64,000 nucleotides of DNA from Candidatus Kerfeldbacteria bacterium. GTDB taxonomy: Bacteria; Patescibacteriota; Patescibacteriia; SBBC01; CAIJZX01. The position numbers and the translations under genes were made by a program. Each line of letters begins with the position of its first letter. The stretch's first letter is position 1. Location of the stretch: the NCBI GenBank assembly GCA_963731735.1, contig CAVSWO010000002.1:64529-128528 (forward strand), given 5' to 3'. The notes beneath the pieces were generated by a model, which saw only the letters and a program-made list of their open reading frames with translations, did no database searches and had not been told where the DNA came from. Shown in pieces: positions 18,466-28,161 of this stretch.

Positions 18466-18813
18466 AGTCCGACCCTTTCTGCCACCGCGGCCAGTATATC
18501 ACAAACCCGGATTTCATGGCCATACATAATAATAAACAGACCGAGTCCCGTTTTCGCACGATTTGCGAATGGGAAGGACTCGGTCCGAAGTTGGAGATGT
18601 GGCCATTTACCCGTTTGGCGACACCTACCCAATGAATGTGCCGTGCGCACGACGCACCCATTTTGCGGATTCCCAGGTCCGCTGGTTTGATGCTGACCTT
18701 CGCGTACTGCGGAGGTCACTTCAAGGGGGACACCCCTTGTTCGCGTCTCGAAAGACGACATGACGGGAGTGGGCCGACCTTAGCATGGAAGGGTTGGTGT
18801 GTCAACCCCTAAC

Positions 18814-18833
18814 AAAAACCCCGCTTGGCGGGG
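18814..18833 (-). terminator. Intrinsic terminator after rplU
   Basis: Reverse complement reads CCCCGC-CAA-GCGGGG followed by TTTTT. It starts 8 nt downstream of the rplU stop. Confidence 0.6.
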
Positions 18834-18840
18834 CTGTGGG

Positions 18841-19149
18841 TTAGGCCGTGATCTGGTCGATCTTGACCTGCGTGTAGCGCTGGCGATGGCCCTTGGTTCG
18901 CATGTAGCGGACCTTGTTGTGAAACTTAATGCCGGTAACTTTCTTGGCCTGCCCGTGACGAACCACGGTGGCGGTTACTTTGGCGCCTTTGACCGTCGGC
19001 GCGCCAACCTTGGTATCTTTTTCAGACACCAGCAGAACATCATCAAAGACCACCGGTTTCCCGGCTTCGGCTTTCAGGGTTTCAACGCGGAGCAGCTGCC
19101 CCGGTTTGACCAGGTACTGTTTTCCGCCCGTTCGAATGACTGCAAACAT
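18841..19149 (-). CDS. rplU: 50S ribosomal protein L21
   Basis: MFAVIRTGGKQYLVKPGQLLRVETL is a canonical L21 N-terminus. 102 aa. Confidence 0.9.
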   Translation of the reverse strand: MFAVIRTGGKQYLVKPGQLLRVETLKAEAGKPVVFDDVLLVSEKDTKVGAPTVKGAKVTATVVRHGQAKKVTGIKFHNKVRYMRTKGHRQRYTQVKIDQITA

Positions 19150-19183
19150 AACTCGGCTACTCTACCCGACTTTCAGCCCGCTG

Positions 19184-19714
19184 TCAATGGGAACCCGGCG
19201 AGCTGAAGAAACTTGCCCGCGGCGGCTCGAATTCGACCACGTCCCCGACCTGTAAACCATGGGCGGTTGCGAACCCGGCTCGAACCTCCAGCACACTGTC
19301 AGTTACCTGCCGAGGCTTATAAATTGGTAGCTGCGCTTCGGGCGTGGCCGGTGGCGGTATGTCGGCGGTAATTTCGACAATCCGACCATCGCGAATCCAC
19401 AGAATATCAATGGGAATTACCATATCCTTCATCCAAAAGGCTGGGATTTTGGCGGTTTGGTAAAGCCACAGCATGCCTTGACTGTCCGATAATCCGGTTC
19501 GGCCCGCTAACCCCTGCGCCTGCCGGGCGGGAGTTACAGGAATAGTGGTGTGAATCGAGAAATCGGAAAACTTTACGTCGGCTTGGGCGTAATCTTGGGC
19601 GGTTGTATTCGTCAGCGATTGTTGCATAAACCAACTATGAATGTCAGGCCAGGCGCTCCAAGCGAACAGGCTCAAGGCGATAACCAATCCAGCCGTCAAC
19701 CATCTGCCAATCAT
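19184..19714 (-). CDS. DUF192 (COG1430) domain protein
   Basis: N-terminal TM helix. MLWLY...FWMKDMVIPIDILWIRDGRIVEI matches the DUF192 core. Confidence 0.55.
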   Translation of the reverse strand: MIGRWLTAGLVIALSLFAWSAWPDIHSWFMQQSLTNTTAQDYAQADVKFSDFSIHTTIPVTPARQAQGLAGRTGLSDSQGMLWLYQTAKIPAFWMKDMVIPIDILWIRDGRIVEITADIPPPATPEAQLPIYKPRQVTDSVLEVRAGFATAHGLQVGDVVEFEPPRASFFSSPGSH

Positions 19715-19718
19715 GTGG

Positions 19719-20828
19719 TTACGATAGCGAAGATGGGGGCGTTTGTCGACGGATCCGCCGCGCCACCCAGCTAACCAGCCCGATCAACACCAGGCCGACG
19801 CCCGCCAAGGCCCACAATTTAGCTCGGCCGCTGAAGAATAAGGTTGAAGCGCCGAACAAGGCGATCACCCCGTACAGCAGCCAGACCGACTGCCGAACGC
19901 TCAGTCCAGCATCGAGTAAACGAAAATGCAAATGCGAACGGTCGGCCGTGCGCCAGGGCGAGGTTTTTTGAATAAAACGGCGCTGAAAAATTACCCAAGC
20001 CAGATCAAGAATCGGCAAGCCCATGATGAGCAGGGCGGTCGCGATTTTCCCGCCGGAGATAATGGCCAAGACTCCCAGCATAAACCCGATATACAGCGCG
20101 CCACTCTCGCCCAGGAATATCGAAGCCGGCGACCAGTTGAAAAGTAAAAACCCCAGTGCCGCGCCAGCCAGGCCCAGTCCCAGCAGCGCGACCGCCGGTT
20201 GATTGACCTCTGGGCGAAGTGTCAGTAAAAAAATGATGATCGAACCGATCACGCCCAGCCCGCTGACTAAACCGTCGAGTCCGTCTAAAATTTTGGTGGT
20301 GTACATCATGCCCATCAACCAGACCAGCGTGAAGGCGTCCGCCCAGAGCGTCAATTGGTAAGCAATTCCATGCCAAGAAAAAACCGGCAATTCCCATTGA
20401 ACCAGGTGCAGCAGTCCGCCGAACGGGTTGGTGATTTCGGTAATACCGATGCCGGCAATTATGACGACCGCCGTCGCCACCAGCGGCCAGACAATTTGCT
20501 GGCTGGGATTCAGGCCGAAGCGATCATCCAGCGCCCCACCCACACCCAGCAAAACCGCCGCGATGGTCAGTCCGATTAAATACTTGAGCGGAAAATCTTG
20601 ACTGACTATTTGCCCCTGGGCGGTGATGATCCACCAACTGCCGAGTGAGGCCAATATTACCGCCAGGCCACCGAGAAGCGGCACGGCCCGGGTATGTTGT
20701 TTTCGATCTGGGGCTGATTCGGGACGATCAAGCACCTGCCAACGAACAGCCAGCCATCGAACCAGCCAGGTCAGGAACACCGCCAACGTAAAGCTTAATC
20801 CGAAGGCTTCAAAATACCAGCTGGTCAT
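19719..20828 (-). CDS. MraY/WecA-family polyprenyl-phosphate N-acetylhexosamine-1-phosphate transferase (GT4)
   Basis: 369 aa with about 10 TM helices, GGALDDRFGL (DDxxD-like) and a C-terminal cytoplasmic loop typical of the family. Confidence 0.7.
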   Translation of the reverse strand: MTSWYFEAFGLSFTLAVFLTWLVRWLAVRWQVLDRPESAPDRKQHTRAVPLLGGLAVILASLGSWWIITAQGQIVSQDFPLKYLIGLTIAAVLLGVGGALDDRFGLNPSQQIVWPLVATAVVIIAGIGITEITNPFGGLLHLVQWELPVFSWHGIAYQLTLWADAFTLVWLMGMMYTTKILDGLDGLVSGLGVIGSIIIFLLTLRPEVNQPAVALLGLGLAGAALGFLLFNWSPASIFLGESGALYIGFMLGVLAIISGGKIATALLIMGLPILDLAWVIFQRRFIQKTSPWRTADRSHLHFRLLDAGLSVRQSVWLLYGVIALFGASTLFFSGRAKLWALAGVGLVLIGLVSWVARRIRRQTPPSSLS

Positions 20829-21232
20829 GCCTGTTCTGTTAAATAGCTCTCCAGCAATAATTGCGCGGCCAAACTATCTTCCTGGCCACGCGTCAGGTGC
20901 ATACCCGCGGCTTGCTGCTCGCGTTGTACCGCCTGCGTGGTCAACCGTTCATCGCGGTACTCGATGGGTTGGGAAATGGTCTGGGCTAAGTGTTGCCCAA
21001 ATTCACGGACTCGCGCTGCTTGCGGTCCGAGCCGTCCGTCCGTCTGCAATGGGAGTCCCAGGATTACCCGCTCAATCCCTTCGTCGGCAACAATTTTTTT
21101 GAGTGGCTGCCAGGCTTGCTCCCAATTTTCAACCAGCAGCGCCGGGCGAGCAAACGCAAAGGCCTGATCCGTCTGGCCGACGGCTACCCCGATTTTTCGT
21201 TCCCCGACATCAAGGGCCAGCACCTTAGCCAT
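20825..21232 (-). CDS. ruvX: Holliday-junction resolvase-like YqgF/RuvX
   Basis: MAKVLALDVGERKIGVAVG is an RNase H-like fold N-terminus. 135 aa. Confidence 0.8.
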   Translation of the reverse strand: MAKVLALDVGERKIGVAVGQTDQAFAFARPALLVENWEQAWQPLKKIVADEGIERVILGLPLQTDGRLGPQAARVREFGQHLAQTISQPIEYRDERLTTQAVQREQQAAGMHLTRGQEDSLAAQLLLESYLTEQA

Positions 21233-21980
21233 GCAGATCGGTAATTACCTCGTGCCCACGTTTCGTAACGCGAATGGTGTGTTCAAAATGCGCCGCCAGG
21301 CTGTGATCAACCGTTTCAATCGTCCACCCGTCGGCCAACGTCCGAACAGCCGGGTCGCCGAGCGTGACCATTGGTTCAATCGCCAGGACTTCACCTTCCG
21401 CCAGTTCAGGTCCGCTGCCGGCCGGCCCGACATTCGGAATCGGTGGCGCTTCGTGCACCGCCCGGCCAACCCCGTGTCCCGTCAGCTGCGTCACGATACC
21501 GTATCCGTGCGGTTCAAGGGACTGCTCGATCGCGGCGCTGATGTCGCCCACGTGATTCCCGGCTTTAGCTTGGCGGATCCCGGCTTGCAAAGCCGCCCGG
21601 GTGTGTCGGATCAATTGTTTGGCTTCGTTCGGAACTCGACCGACCGCGACGGTAATCGCGTGATCGGTGAAGGCGCCCTGGTAATTGACCCCCAGGTCTA
21701 ATCCCACCACGTCACCGGCTTGGATCGATCGAGTCGAATCCGGAATGCCGTGCACTACTTCGTGATTGACCGACACGCACAGAGCCGCCGGATAATTTTG
21801 AAATCCAAGAAACGACGGCTGGCCGCCCTGGGCTTCGATTTCATGCCGCGCGATGGCGTCTAGTTCGGCCGTCGTCACCCCGGGCGCCACGGCTTTCCTG
21901 ACCGCCTCCATGGCAGTCGCTAAAATTTTCCCGCTGGTACGTAACCGGTCTATTTCTTCCGGCTGGATGATGAGAGCCAT
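21225..21980 (-). CDS. map: Methionine aminopeptidase type I
   Basis: 251 aa. Pita-bread fold motifs: GVTTAELDAI, HGIPD, VGLDLG, and the FEHT block. Confidence 0.9.
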   Translation of the reverse strand: MALIIQPEEIDRLRTSGKILATAMEAVRKAVAPGVTTAELDAIARHEIEAQGGQPSFLGFQNYPAALCVSVNHEVVHGIPDSTRSIQAGDVVGLDLGVNYQGAFTDHAITVAVGRVPNEAKQLIRHTRAALQAGIRQAKAGNHVGDISAAIEQSLEPHGYGIVTQLTGHGVGRAVHEAPPIPNVGPAGSGPELAEGEVLAIEPMVTLGDPAVRTLADGWTIETVDHSLAAHFEHTIRVTKRGHEVITDLHG

Positions 21981-22624
21981 GGGTATTTTCGAAGTTTGCT
22001 CAATATCTGTCGATAGACCCGCGGGATGGATTGACTGGCATCAACTTCAATCACCAGTCCGCGATGACGATAATAAGCGATCACCGGCTCGGTGCTGTGA
22101 TGAAAAATATGCAGCCGTTTACGAATCGCGGCCGGTGTATCATCTTCGCGTTGATGGAGTTTTAACCCATCATGATCGCAGTATCCGCGTCGCTTCTTCG
22201 GCGGATCGTGTCGAATGTGATAAATATGTCCATTGGTACAAACCCGCCGTCCGCTCAATCGACGAACCGCTTGCCGATCGAGAAAATGCAGATAGAGCAC
22301 GATGGTCGGTTGAATTTTCCCGTGCATCAGTTTGACTTGGTCCATGGAACGGGGAAAGCCGTCAAGAATCCACCCGCCCCGACAATCTGGTCGGCTTAAT
22401 CGATCTCGGGTGATGGCCACCGCTTGGGCCGGCGGAATCAGGTTGCCGGCATTGATGAGTTTCCCAAGTCGCCGCCCCCGGGCTGTCCCGCGAGCAACTT
22501 CTTGTCGGATTTCTTCACCCGTAGAAATATGCGGAATATGAAAACGATGGGACAAGCGTCCGGCTTGGGTCCCTTTGCCCGCGCCTTGCGGACCGAGAAT
22601 GACGAATTTCGGTAGTTGTTTCAT
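21950..22624 (-). CDS. adk: Adenylate kinase
   Basis: P-loop GPQGAGKGTQ. Cys4 zinc-lid candidate (CTNGHIYH...CDHDG). 224 aa. Confidence 0.85.
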   Translation of the reverse strand: MKQLPKFVILGPQGAGKGTQAGRLSHRFHIPHISTGEEIRQEVARGTARGRRLGKLINAGNLIPPAQAVAITRDRLSRPDCRGGWILDGFPRSMDQVKLMHGKIQPTIVLYLHFLDRQAVRRLSGRRVCTNGHIYHIRHDPPKKRRGYCDHDGLKLHQREDDTPAAIRKRLHIFHHSTEPVIAYYRHRGLVIEVDASQSIPRVYRQILSKLRKYPWLSSSSRKK

Positions 22625-22728
22625 ACGGACGGAGTATACAGGAAAATTCTAAAATCCCAAACTGACTGGGCGGGAGTTTCGGGCGGACTCAGGCCGGTTT
22701 GCCGAAATTTTTAATATTCCGTGCTGAC

Positions 22729-24006
22729 TTAGAAGCCTTCGTAATCGCGGACGATCAGCTGGGATTCAACTTGCTTGACGGTCTCTATCACCACGCTCAC
22801 GACGATCAGCAACGATGTTCCGCCGACGATGAAGGTTGAAATATTCGTGAAACGTTGGACCAGGTTCGGCAGCACCGCAATGATCCCTAAAAACAAGGCG
22901 CCGGCCAAAATGATCCGGGTTGAAACAAAGCTTAAATACTCGGACGTCATGCGACCGGGTCGTATCCCCGGAATAAAGCCTCCCTGCTTCTGCAGATTTT
23001 CCGCGATCTGATCGGGATGAAAAACGACGGCCGTGTAAAAATACGTGAAAGCGAAGACCAGCACAAAGTAGACGCTGTCATAAAGTAACCCGCCGCTTTG
23101 AAAAACGCGCAGGGTGGTATTGGCGATTTGCTGCACCCAATCGAACCGGCTATTCACAAAGAATTGCGCGACCAGGGTCGGGGTCAGGACGATCGAAATT
23201 GCAAAGATAATCGGGATCACACCGGCTTGGTTGACCCGCAGCGGCAAAAACGTTTCGGCGCCACCGTAAACCTGGTTACCCTGAACGCGTCGAGCGTAGG
23301 TAACCGGAATTTTACGAATGGCTTCGGTCACAAACACCACCGCCACAATCGTGACTAGCGCAATTAACCCAAATCCGATCCATTGAGGGATCTGACTTGA
23401 ATCGAAAACCGCTAACGACCGGGAGAGGGTGGTCGGCACTTGGGCCACAATGCCGGCGAAAATCATCAACGAAATGCCATTACCGATTTTCTTTTCGGTA
23501 ATCAACTCACCCAGCCACATCAGGAACAGCGTACCGGCGGTGATCGTAATCAGGGCCGTAATGAATTGAAAGGTCGTAATGTCCGGCAGTACCTGCGGGG
23601 CCGCTCGGCGAATCAGGGTGATGGTGCCATATCCGGACAAAATCGCTAATGGAACCGTGGTGATACGGGTCCATTGATTGATTCGTTCCTGGCCGCGCTC
23701 CCCTTCTTTCTGGATTTTTTCGAGCGACGGGATAATCATTACCAGCAACTGGAAAATAATCGAGGCGGTGATATAGGGACCGACACCGAGCATCACGACT
23801 GAAAAACTTTGGAAGCCGCCGCCGGAAAATATGTTTAAGAGGCCGAGAAATTGATTGCTTTCAAAAAATGATCGCAAGGCAGCCAAGTTGACGCCCGGAA
23901 TTGGAATGTGAGCCGCCAGGCGGAATATGACCAGCAATCCGAGAACATAAAGAATCTTGTTCCGGACTTCTTTAATTTTCCAAACCAGGCTAATTTTTTC
24001 CCACAT
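22729..24006 (-). CDS. secY: Preprotein translocase subunit SecY
   Basis: 425 aa, 10 TM helices. Conserved SecY blocks (GISLMIFAGIV, ITASIIFQLL). Confidence 0.95.
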   Translation of the reverse strand: MWEKISLVWKIKEVRNKILYVLGLLVIFRLAAHIPIPGVNLAALRSFFESNQFLGLLNIFSGGGFQSFSVVMLGVGPYITASIIFQLLVMIIPSLEKIQKEGERGQERINQWTRITTVPLAILSGYGTITLIRRAAPQVLPDITTFQFITALITITAGTLFLMWLGELITEKKIGNGISLMIFAGIVAQVPTTLSRSLAVFDSSQIPQWIGFGLIALVTIVAVVFVTEAIRKIPVTYARRVQGNQVYGGAETFLPLRVNQAGVIPIIFAISIVLTPTLVAQFFVNSRFDWVQQIANTTLRVFQSGGLLYDSVYFVLVFAFTYFYTAVVFHPDQIAENLQKQGGFIPGIRPGRMTSEYLSFVSTRIILAGALFLGIIAVLPNLVQRFTNISTFIVGGTSLLIVVSVVIETVKQVESQLIVRDYEGF

Positions 24007-24012
24007 GGGTAA

Positions 24013-24474
24013 TTATTTTTTTGGCTCAGGAGACGGAGCCGGACGACGGACTTTGCTGCCGGCTGCTTCCAGACTGGCTTGCGCCGATTTTGACGTCGGG
24101 ACAGTCACGGTCCATTTCTTGGCCAGTTTGCTTTGGCCTAAAACTTTAACCCGCGTCTTGACGGTCGGAATCATTCCGGCTTGACGGAGCGCGGCGGCAT
24201 TGATCGTGGCACCATCCGGAAATTTTGCATCCAGTTGCTTCAACGTTATAGCCACAACCACCGGTCGTCGGCTTTGGAAGCCACGAACTTTCGGCGTGCG
24301 TTCAACCAGGCGCTTGAGACTGCGACGTAACAACTTGTTACGACCACCGGTTCGCGCCCGTTGGCCTTTGGTCCCGCGACCGGCCGTGGTGCCTTTGCCT
24401 GAAGCGTCGCCCCGCCCAACCCGTTTGGTGCGGTTTCGACGCTGCGATGGACGCAGGGTGTGCAGTTCAATCAT
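24013..24474 (-). CDS. rplO: 50S ribosomal protein L15
   Basis: GRGxxSGKGKTxGRGxKGQ motif. 153 aa. Confidence 0.9.
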   Translation of the reverse strand: MIELHTLRPSQRRNRTKRVGRGDASGKGTTAGRGTKGQRARTGGRNKLLRRSLKRLVERTPKVRGFQSRRPVVVAITLKQLDAKFPDGATINAAALRQAGMIPTVKTRVKVLGQSKLAKKWTVTVPTSKSAQASLEAAGSKVRRPAPSPEPKK

Positions 24475-24992
24475 GCGCTTTTCCCCCGTTCTTGTAAGCG
24501 GCTTTCCCGGGTCCGAAGATCGCCCAGGGCCTGCATGACCGCGTACAAATTATTGATCTTGTTTGGTGAACCCATGATTTTACTGACCACATTCTTAACA
24601 CCGGCTAATTCCATAATGGCCCGAATGGCTCCGCCGGCGATCACACCGCTCCCAGGCGGCGCCGGTTTCAACATCACCTTGGCGGCTCCGTACTTGACGG
24701 TAATGGCGTGTGGAATGGTGCCTTCCACCAGCGGCACCCGTAACAGTTTCTTCCGAGCGGCGGTCGCGGCTTTCTGGATGGCGATTGAAACATCTGATCC
24801 TTTGGCGATCCCGATACCGACTCGGCCCTTTTGGTCGCCAATCGCAACCGTCGCACGAAATCGCATGCGTTTTCCGCCGGCCACGACGCGTGTCACTCGA
24901 CTGAGCTCGATCGTCTTTTGTTCGAACTCCTTCGGTTCGCGGGGACCGCGGCGGGAGCGTCGACGTTGGGATGAATGGTTTGGTGAGGGCAT
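24471..24992 (-). CDS. rpsE: 30S ribosomal protein S5
   Basis: RVTRVVAGGKRMRFRATVAIGD...GIGIAKGSDVSIAIQKA. Directly followed by rplO with no L30 gene between. Confidence 0.95.
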   Translation of the reverse strand: MPSPNHSSQRRRSRRGPREPKEFEQKTIELSRVTRVVAGGKRMRFRATVAIGDQKGRVGIGIAKGSDVSIAIQKAATAARKKLLRVPLVEGTIPHAITVKYGAAKVMLKPAPPGSGVIAGGAIRAIMELAGVKNVVSKIMGSPNKINNLYAVMQALGDLRTRESRLQERGKSA

Positions 24993-24995
24993 AGG

Positions 24996-25334
24996 TTAGA
25001 ATTTCAATCCGTGTTCGCGAGCCGCTTCAGCTAAAGCTTTGACGCGGCCGTGAAAGCGGTGGCCACCGCGATCAAACACACAAGTGGTAATTTTGGCGGC
25101 GGTGGCTTGCTCGGCCAGGAGTTTCCCAACCGCCGCCGCTCGCTCGGTTTTTGTGCCGGTTGTGAGCTGCATATCGCTCGCGCTCGCCAGGGTCCGGCCG
25201 GCTTGATCGTCAATCAGCTGGGCGCGCAGGTGTTTGGCACTCCGAAACACGGCTAAACGCGGGCGGGCAGCGGTACCAGTCAGACGGGCGCGGACGCGAC
25301 GATGGCGATGGATACGAGAACGAGTTTTGATCAT
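24996..25334 (-). CDS. rplR: 50S ribosomal protein L18
   Basis: 112 aa. [18 protein letters not shown] and position in the spc cluster. Confidence 0.9.
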   Translation of the reverse strand: MIKTRSRIHRHRRVRARLTGTAARPRLAVFRSAKHLRAQLIDDQAGRTLASASDMQLTTGTKTERAAAVGKLLAEQATAAKITTCVFDRGGHRFHGRVKALAEAAREHGLKF

Positions 25335-25349
25335 AACACTATGGTGAGC

Positions 25350-25901
25350 TTAGCCTGCGCCGGCAGCTTTGACAACTTTTCCGGCTTTGCGACGAATAGT
25401 TTCGTCAACATATTTAATCCCTTTGCCTTTGTAGGGTTCAGGTTTCCGAATTGATCGAATTTTAGCGGCGGTTTCGCCGACCAATTGTTTATCTATCCCG
25501 CTAACGGCAATCACGTTCTTCTCGACTTTAATATCAATGCCGGCCGGGATAGTAAAATCAACCGGATGCGAAAATCCAACATTCAAGACCAAATTTGATC
25601 CGTTGACGGTTGCCCGATATCCGACGCCGTTGATTTCTAATTGCTTGGTGAAGCCTTGACTGACGCCAACCACCAAATTGCGGACCAGCACCCGAATCAG
25701 TCCCCACAGCGCACGCTGCGTTTGTTGATCGGGTTGCTTAACCGAAACCGTCAATTGCTGATCTGTTTGCGTAACCGTTACACCGGCTGGAATATCTAAC
25801 CCCAAGGTGCCTTTCGGTCCTTTGACGTCAATCCGGGCGTCCGTGATACTCGCGGTGACGCCGTCGGGAATCGGAATGGGAAGTTTACCAATACGTGACA
25901 T
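25350..25901 (-). CDS. rplF: 50S ribosomal protein L6
   Basis: MSRIGKLPIPIPDGV... 183 aa, two L6 repeats. Confidence 0.95.
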   Translation of the reverse strand: MSRIGKLPIPIPDGVTASITDARIDVKGPKGTLGLDIPAGVTVTQTDQQLTVSVKQPDQQTQRALWGLIRVLVRNLVVGVSQGFTKQLEINGVGYRATVNGSNLVLNVGFSHPVDFTIPAGIDIKVEKNVIAVSGIDKQLVGETAAKIRSIRKPEPYKGKGIKYVDETIRRKAGKVVKAAGAG

Positions 25902-25906
25902 ATGCT

Positions 25907-26305
25907 TTAGGAAATTTCGAAAACAATTTCACCACCAAGTTTTTGTTTGCGAGCTTCATGGTTCGTCATCAAGCCCTTGGAAGTTGAAATGATGGCCATA
26001 CCCAGTCCGCTTAAGACATGCGGCAACTCTTGACGCTTCGCATAGACGCGGTGACCAGGTTTGCTGATGCGTTTAATTTCTCGAATAATCGGCTGACCAT
26101 GATCATACTTCAAGAGGATCTTGATGCCTTGGTTATCATCCACGATCGCCATACCGGCAATCCAGCCTTCACGTTCCAATAATTGGACGATCGCGTATTT
26201 CATTTTTGAGTACGGCACCACCAGCTCAATTTGGCTAGCCATTTGAGCATTGCGAATGCGGGACAGGAGATCGGCGATTGGATCAGTCATAGGGGTGCTT
26301 ACCAT
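25907..26305 (-). CDS. rpsH: 30S ribosomal protein S8
   Basis: TDPIADLLSRIRNA is a canonical S8 start. 132 aa. Confidence 0.95.
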   Translation of the reverse strand: MVSTPMTDPIADLLSRIRNAQMASQIELVVPYSKMKYAIVQLLEREGWIAGMAIVDDNQGIKILLKYDHGQPIIREIKRISKPGHRVYAKRQELPHVLSGLGMAIISTSKGLMTNHEARKQKLGGEIVFEIS

Positions 26306-26484
26306 GAGGATTTGGTGATACCCGGAACATCGCCTTTGTTGGCAAGTTCACGGAAACAAATACGACACAGGTCAAAATCTCGGATATATCCGCGTTTGCG
26401 GCCACAGCGCCAGCAGCGTCGGACCAGGCGGGTCGAATATTTCGGACGTCGTTTGGATTTTGCGATTTGTGCGGAGGTAGCCAT
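26299..26484 (-). CDS. rpsZ: 30S ribosomal protein S14 type Z (zinc-binding)
   Basis: 61 aa. C-x2-C...C-x2-C ribbon (CWRCGRK...CRICFREL). Confidence 0.9.
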   Translation of the reverse strand: MATSAQIAKSKRRPKYSTRLVRRCWRCGRKRGYIRDFDLCRICFRELANKGDVPGITKSSW

Positions 26485-26487
26485 AGA

Positions 26488-27039
26488 TTAGGATGGTGAG
26501 GATGCAAAGGGGAAACCAAGTTCGGTTAACAGCTGTTGGGCCTGGTCAGTCGTGGCTGCTGAAGTCACGATGGTAATTTCTAAGCCATGCATGTGTTCAA
26601 CTTCATCACTGCGAATTTCCGGAAAAGCTGTATGCTCCTTGATGCCGAGGGTTAAGTTCGAACTGCCGCCGAATGCTTTCGGATCAATGCCGTGAAAATC
26701 GCGTACGCGAGGCAGACTGACGCGAATCAATTTATCAAGAAATTCCCACATCCGGGCACCGCGCAAGGTCACCTTGGCCCCAATCACCATGCCCGCCCGT
26801 AACTTGAAAGACGCAATTGATTTCTTGGCTTTCGTCATTGACGGTTTTTGTCCGGTCACGCGTTCCAGGGTCTTGACCACGGTTTCCTGGTGCTTTGGAT
26901 CTTTCAAGTGTTTGCCAAAGCCAGCGTTCAGGACAATCTTGGTGACCGTCGGGATAGCATGCGGATTCTTCAGCTCGAGCGTTTTGGCCAGCTTGGGAAC
27001 CACGGATTTGCGGTAGTGGGTGAGCAGTTCAGGGGTCAT
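26488..27039 (-). CDS. rplE: 50S ribosomal protein L5
   Basis: 183 aa. Position in the spc cluster. NLTLGIKEHTAFPEI block. Confidence 0.95.
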   Translation of the reverse strand: MTPELLTHYRKSVVPKLAKTLELKNPHAIPTVTKIVLNAGFGKHLKDPKHQETVVKTLERVTGQKPSMTKAKKSIASFKLRAGMVIGAKVTLRGARMWEFLDKLIRVSLPRVRDFHGIDPKAFGGSSNLTLGIKEHTAFPEIRSDEVEHMHGLEITIVTSAATTDQAQQLLTELGFPFASSPS

Positions 27040-27041
27040 AG

Positions 27042-27359
27042 TTAGGAAGCGGTTTCTCCGGTCCGAATCACGCGGCGGACGCGTTTCTTATCGACCACGG
27101 TTGAACCGAGTCGGGTTGGTTGATTGGACTTACTGTCGATAAACATCACATTCGAGGCGTCAACCGGTGCATTAAACTGAATCTGTTGGCCTTTTTCCCC
27201 TTGTTGGCGGGCGCGGATATTCTTGGTCATGGAGTTCATGCCTTCAACCACGACTTTGTTCAACTTCGGAAAGACCTGCGTAATTTTTCCACGCTTGCCC
27301 TTATCCTTGCCGATCAGGATCATGACTGTGTCGCCGGTTTTGAGTTTCAGGTGAGCCAT
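27042..27359 (-). CDS. rplX: 50S ribosomal protein L24
   Basis: LKTGDTVMILIGKDKGKRGKI is a KOW motif. 105 aa. Confidence 0.9.
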   Translation of the reverse strand: MAHLKLKTGDTVMILIGKDKGKRGKITQVFPKLNKVVVEGMNSMTKNIRARQQGEKGQQIQFNAPVDASNVMFIDSKSNQPTRLGSTVVDKKRVRRVIRTGETAS

Positions 27360-27360
27360 A

Positions 27361-27732
27361 TTAGAGGACCTCCGGCGCTAAGGATGCAATCTTGGAAAAA
27401 CCACGCGCTTTGACTTCCCGGGCGATCGGTCCGAAAATGCGCGTGCCTTTCGGTTCTTTCGTTTCTGGATCAATAATCACACCGGCGTTGTCTGAAAATC
27501 GAATATACGAACCGTCTTTGCGTCGGAATTCCTTACGCTGCCGAACAACCACTAAGTGCACCACTTCGCCTTTCTTGACCATGCCGTGTGGCGTGGCTTC
27601 TTTGACCGAGGCGGTCACGATGTCACCCAGTTGCGCGTAGCGCTTTTTGTAGCCACCCCAAACCCGGAAAACGGCCACGCGTTTGGCGCCGGTGTTGTCT
27701 GCTAAGGCCATGATAGTGCGGAGCTGCATCAT
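27361..27732 (-). CDS. rplN: 50S ribosomal protein L14
   Basis: [17 protein letters not shown]... 123 aa. Confidence 0.95.
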   Translation of the reverse strand: MMQLRTIMALADNTGAKRVAVFRVWGGYKKRYAQLGDIVTASVKEATPHGMVKKGEVVHLVVVRQRKEFRRKDGSYIRFSDNAGVIIDPETKEPKGTRIFGPIAREVKARGFSKIASLAPEVL

Positions 27733-27968
27733 ACGCGTTGAACTACTTTCCAGCGCTTAAGGCGCGATAACGGACGCATGGCAGCAATTACCACCTGATC
27801 GCCGGTATGATACTGATTCTGCGGATCGTGAGCGTGGAAACGGCGACTGACAATGTAGCGTTTCCCGTACTTCGGATGCATGACGGTCCGTTCAACTTTA
27901 ACCACGACGGTCTTATCCATTTTGTCAGACACCACGGTGCCGGTAAATTGTCGGAGTTGCTTATTCAT
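27729..27968 (-). CDS. rpsQ: 30S ribosomal protein S17
   Basis: [18 protein letters not shown]. 79 aa. Confidence 0.9.
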   Translation of the reverse strand: MNKQLRQFTGTVVSDKMDKTVVVKVERTVMHPKYGKRYIVSRRFHAHDPQNQYHTGDQVVIAAMRPLSRLKRWKVVQRV

Positions 27969-28161
27969 GGGTAGGTTTTGCTTGGATTGCTAAGCGCGTC
28001 AGAATCCGGGCAATCTCTTGTTTACGCTCACGGATATCACGGACGTCTTTGTGCTGGCCCTGCGCTACTTTGAAACGCAGGTCGCGCAGCTGGGCCCGAG
28101 CTTGAGCCAATTGGCGCTGCAATTCTTGCGGGCTCTTATGTTGGAGTTCAGAATATTTCAT
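27961..28161 (-). CDS. rpmC: 50S ribosomal protein L29
   Basis: 66 aa helical protein with [23 protein letters not shown]. Confidence 0.85.
   Translation of the reverse strand: MKYSELQHKSPQELQRQLAQARAQLRDLRFKVAQGQHKDVRDIRERKQEIARILTRLAIQAKPTHE

Noticed and set aside
17564-18529. Plus-strand ORFs 17564..17962, 17926..18285 and 18176..18529
   Set aside because: They are antisense shadows of the two paralogous minus-strand genes, which have clear signal-anchor, Cys-module and domain structure.
21231-21701. 156-aa plus-strand ORF antisense to map
   Set aside because: The map ORF on the other strand has full methionine-aminopeptidase motifs. The antisense ORF has no features.
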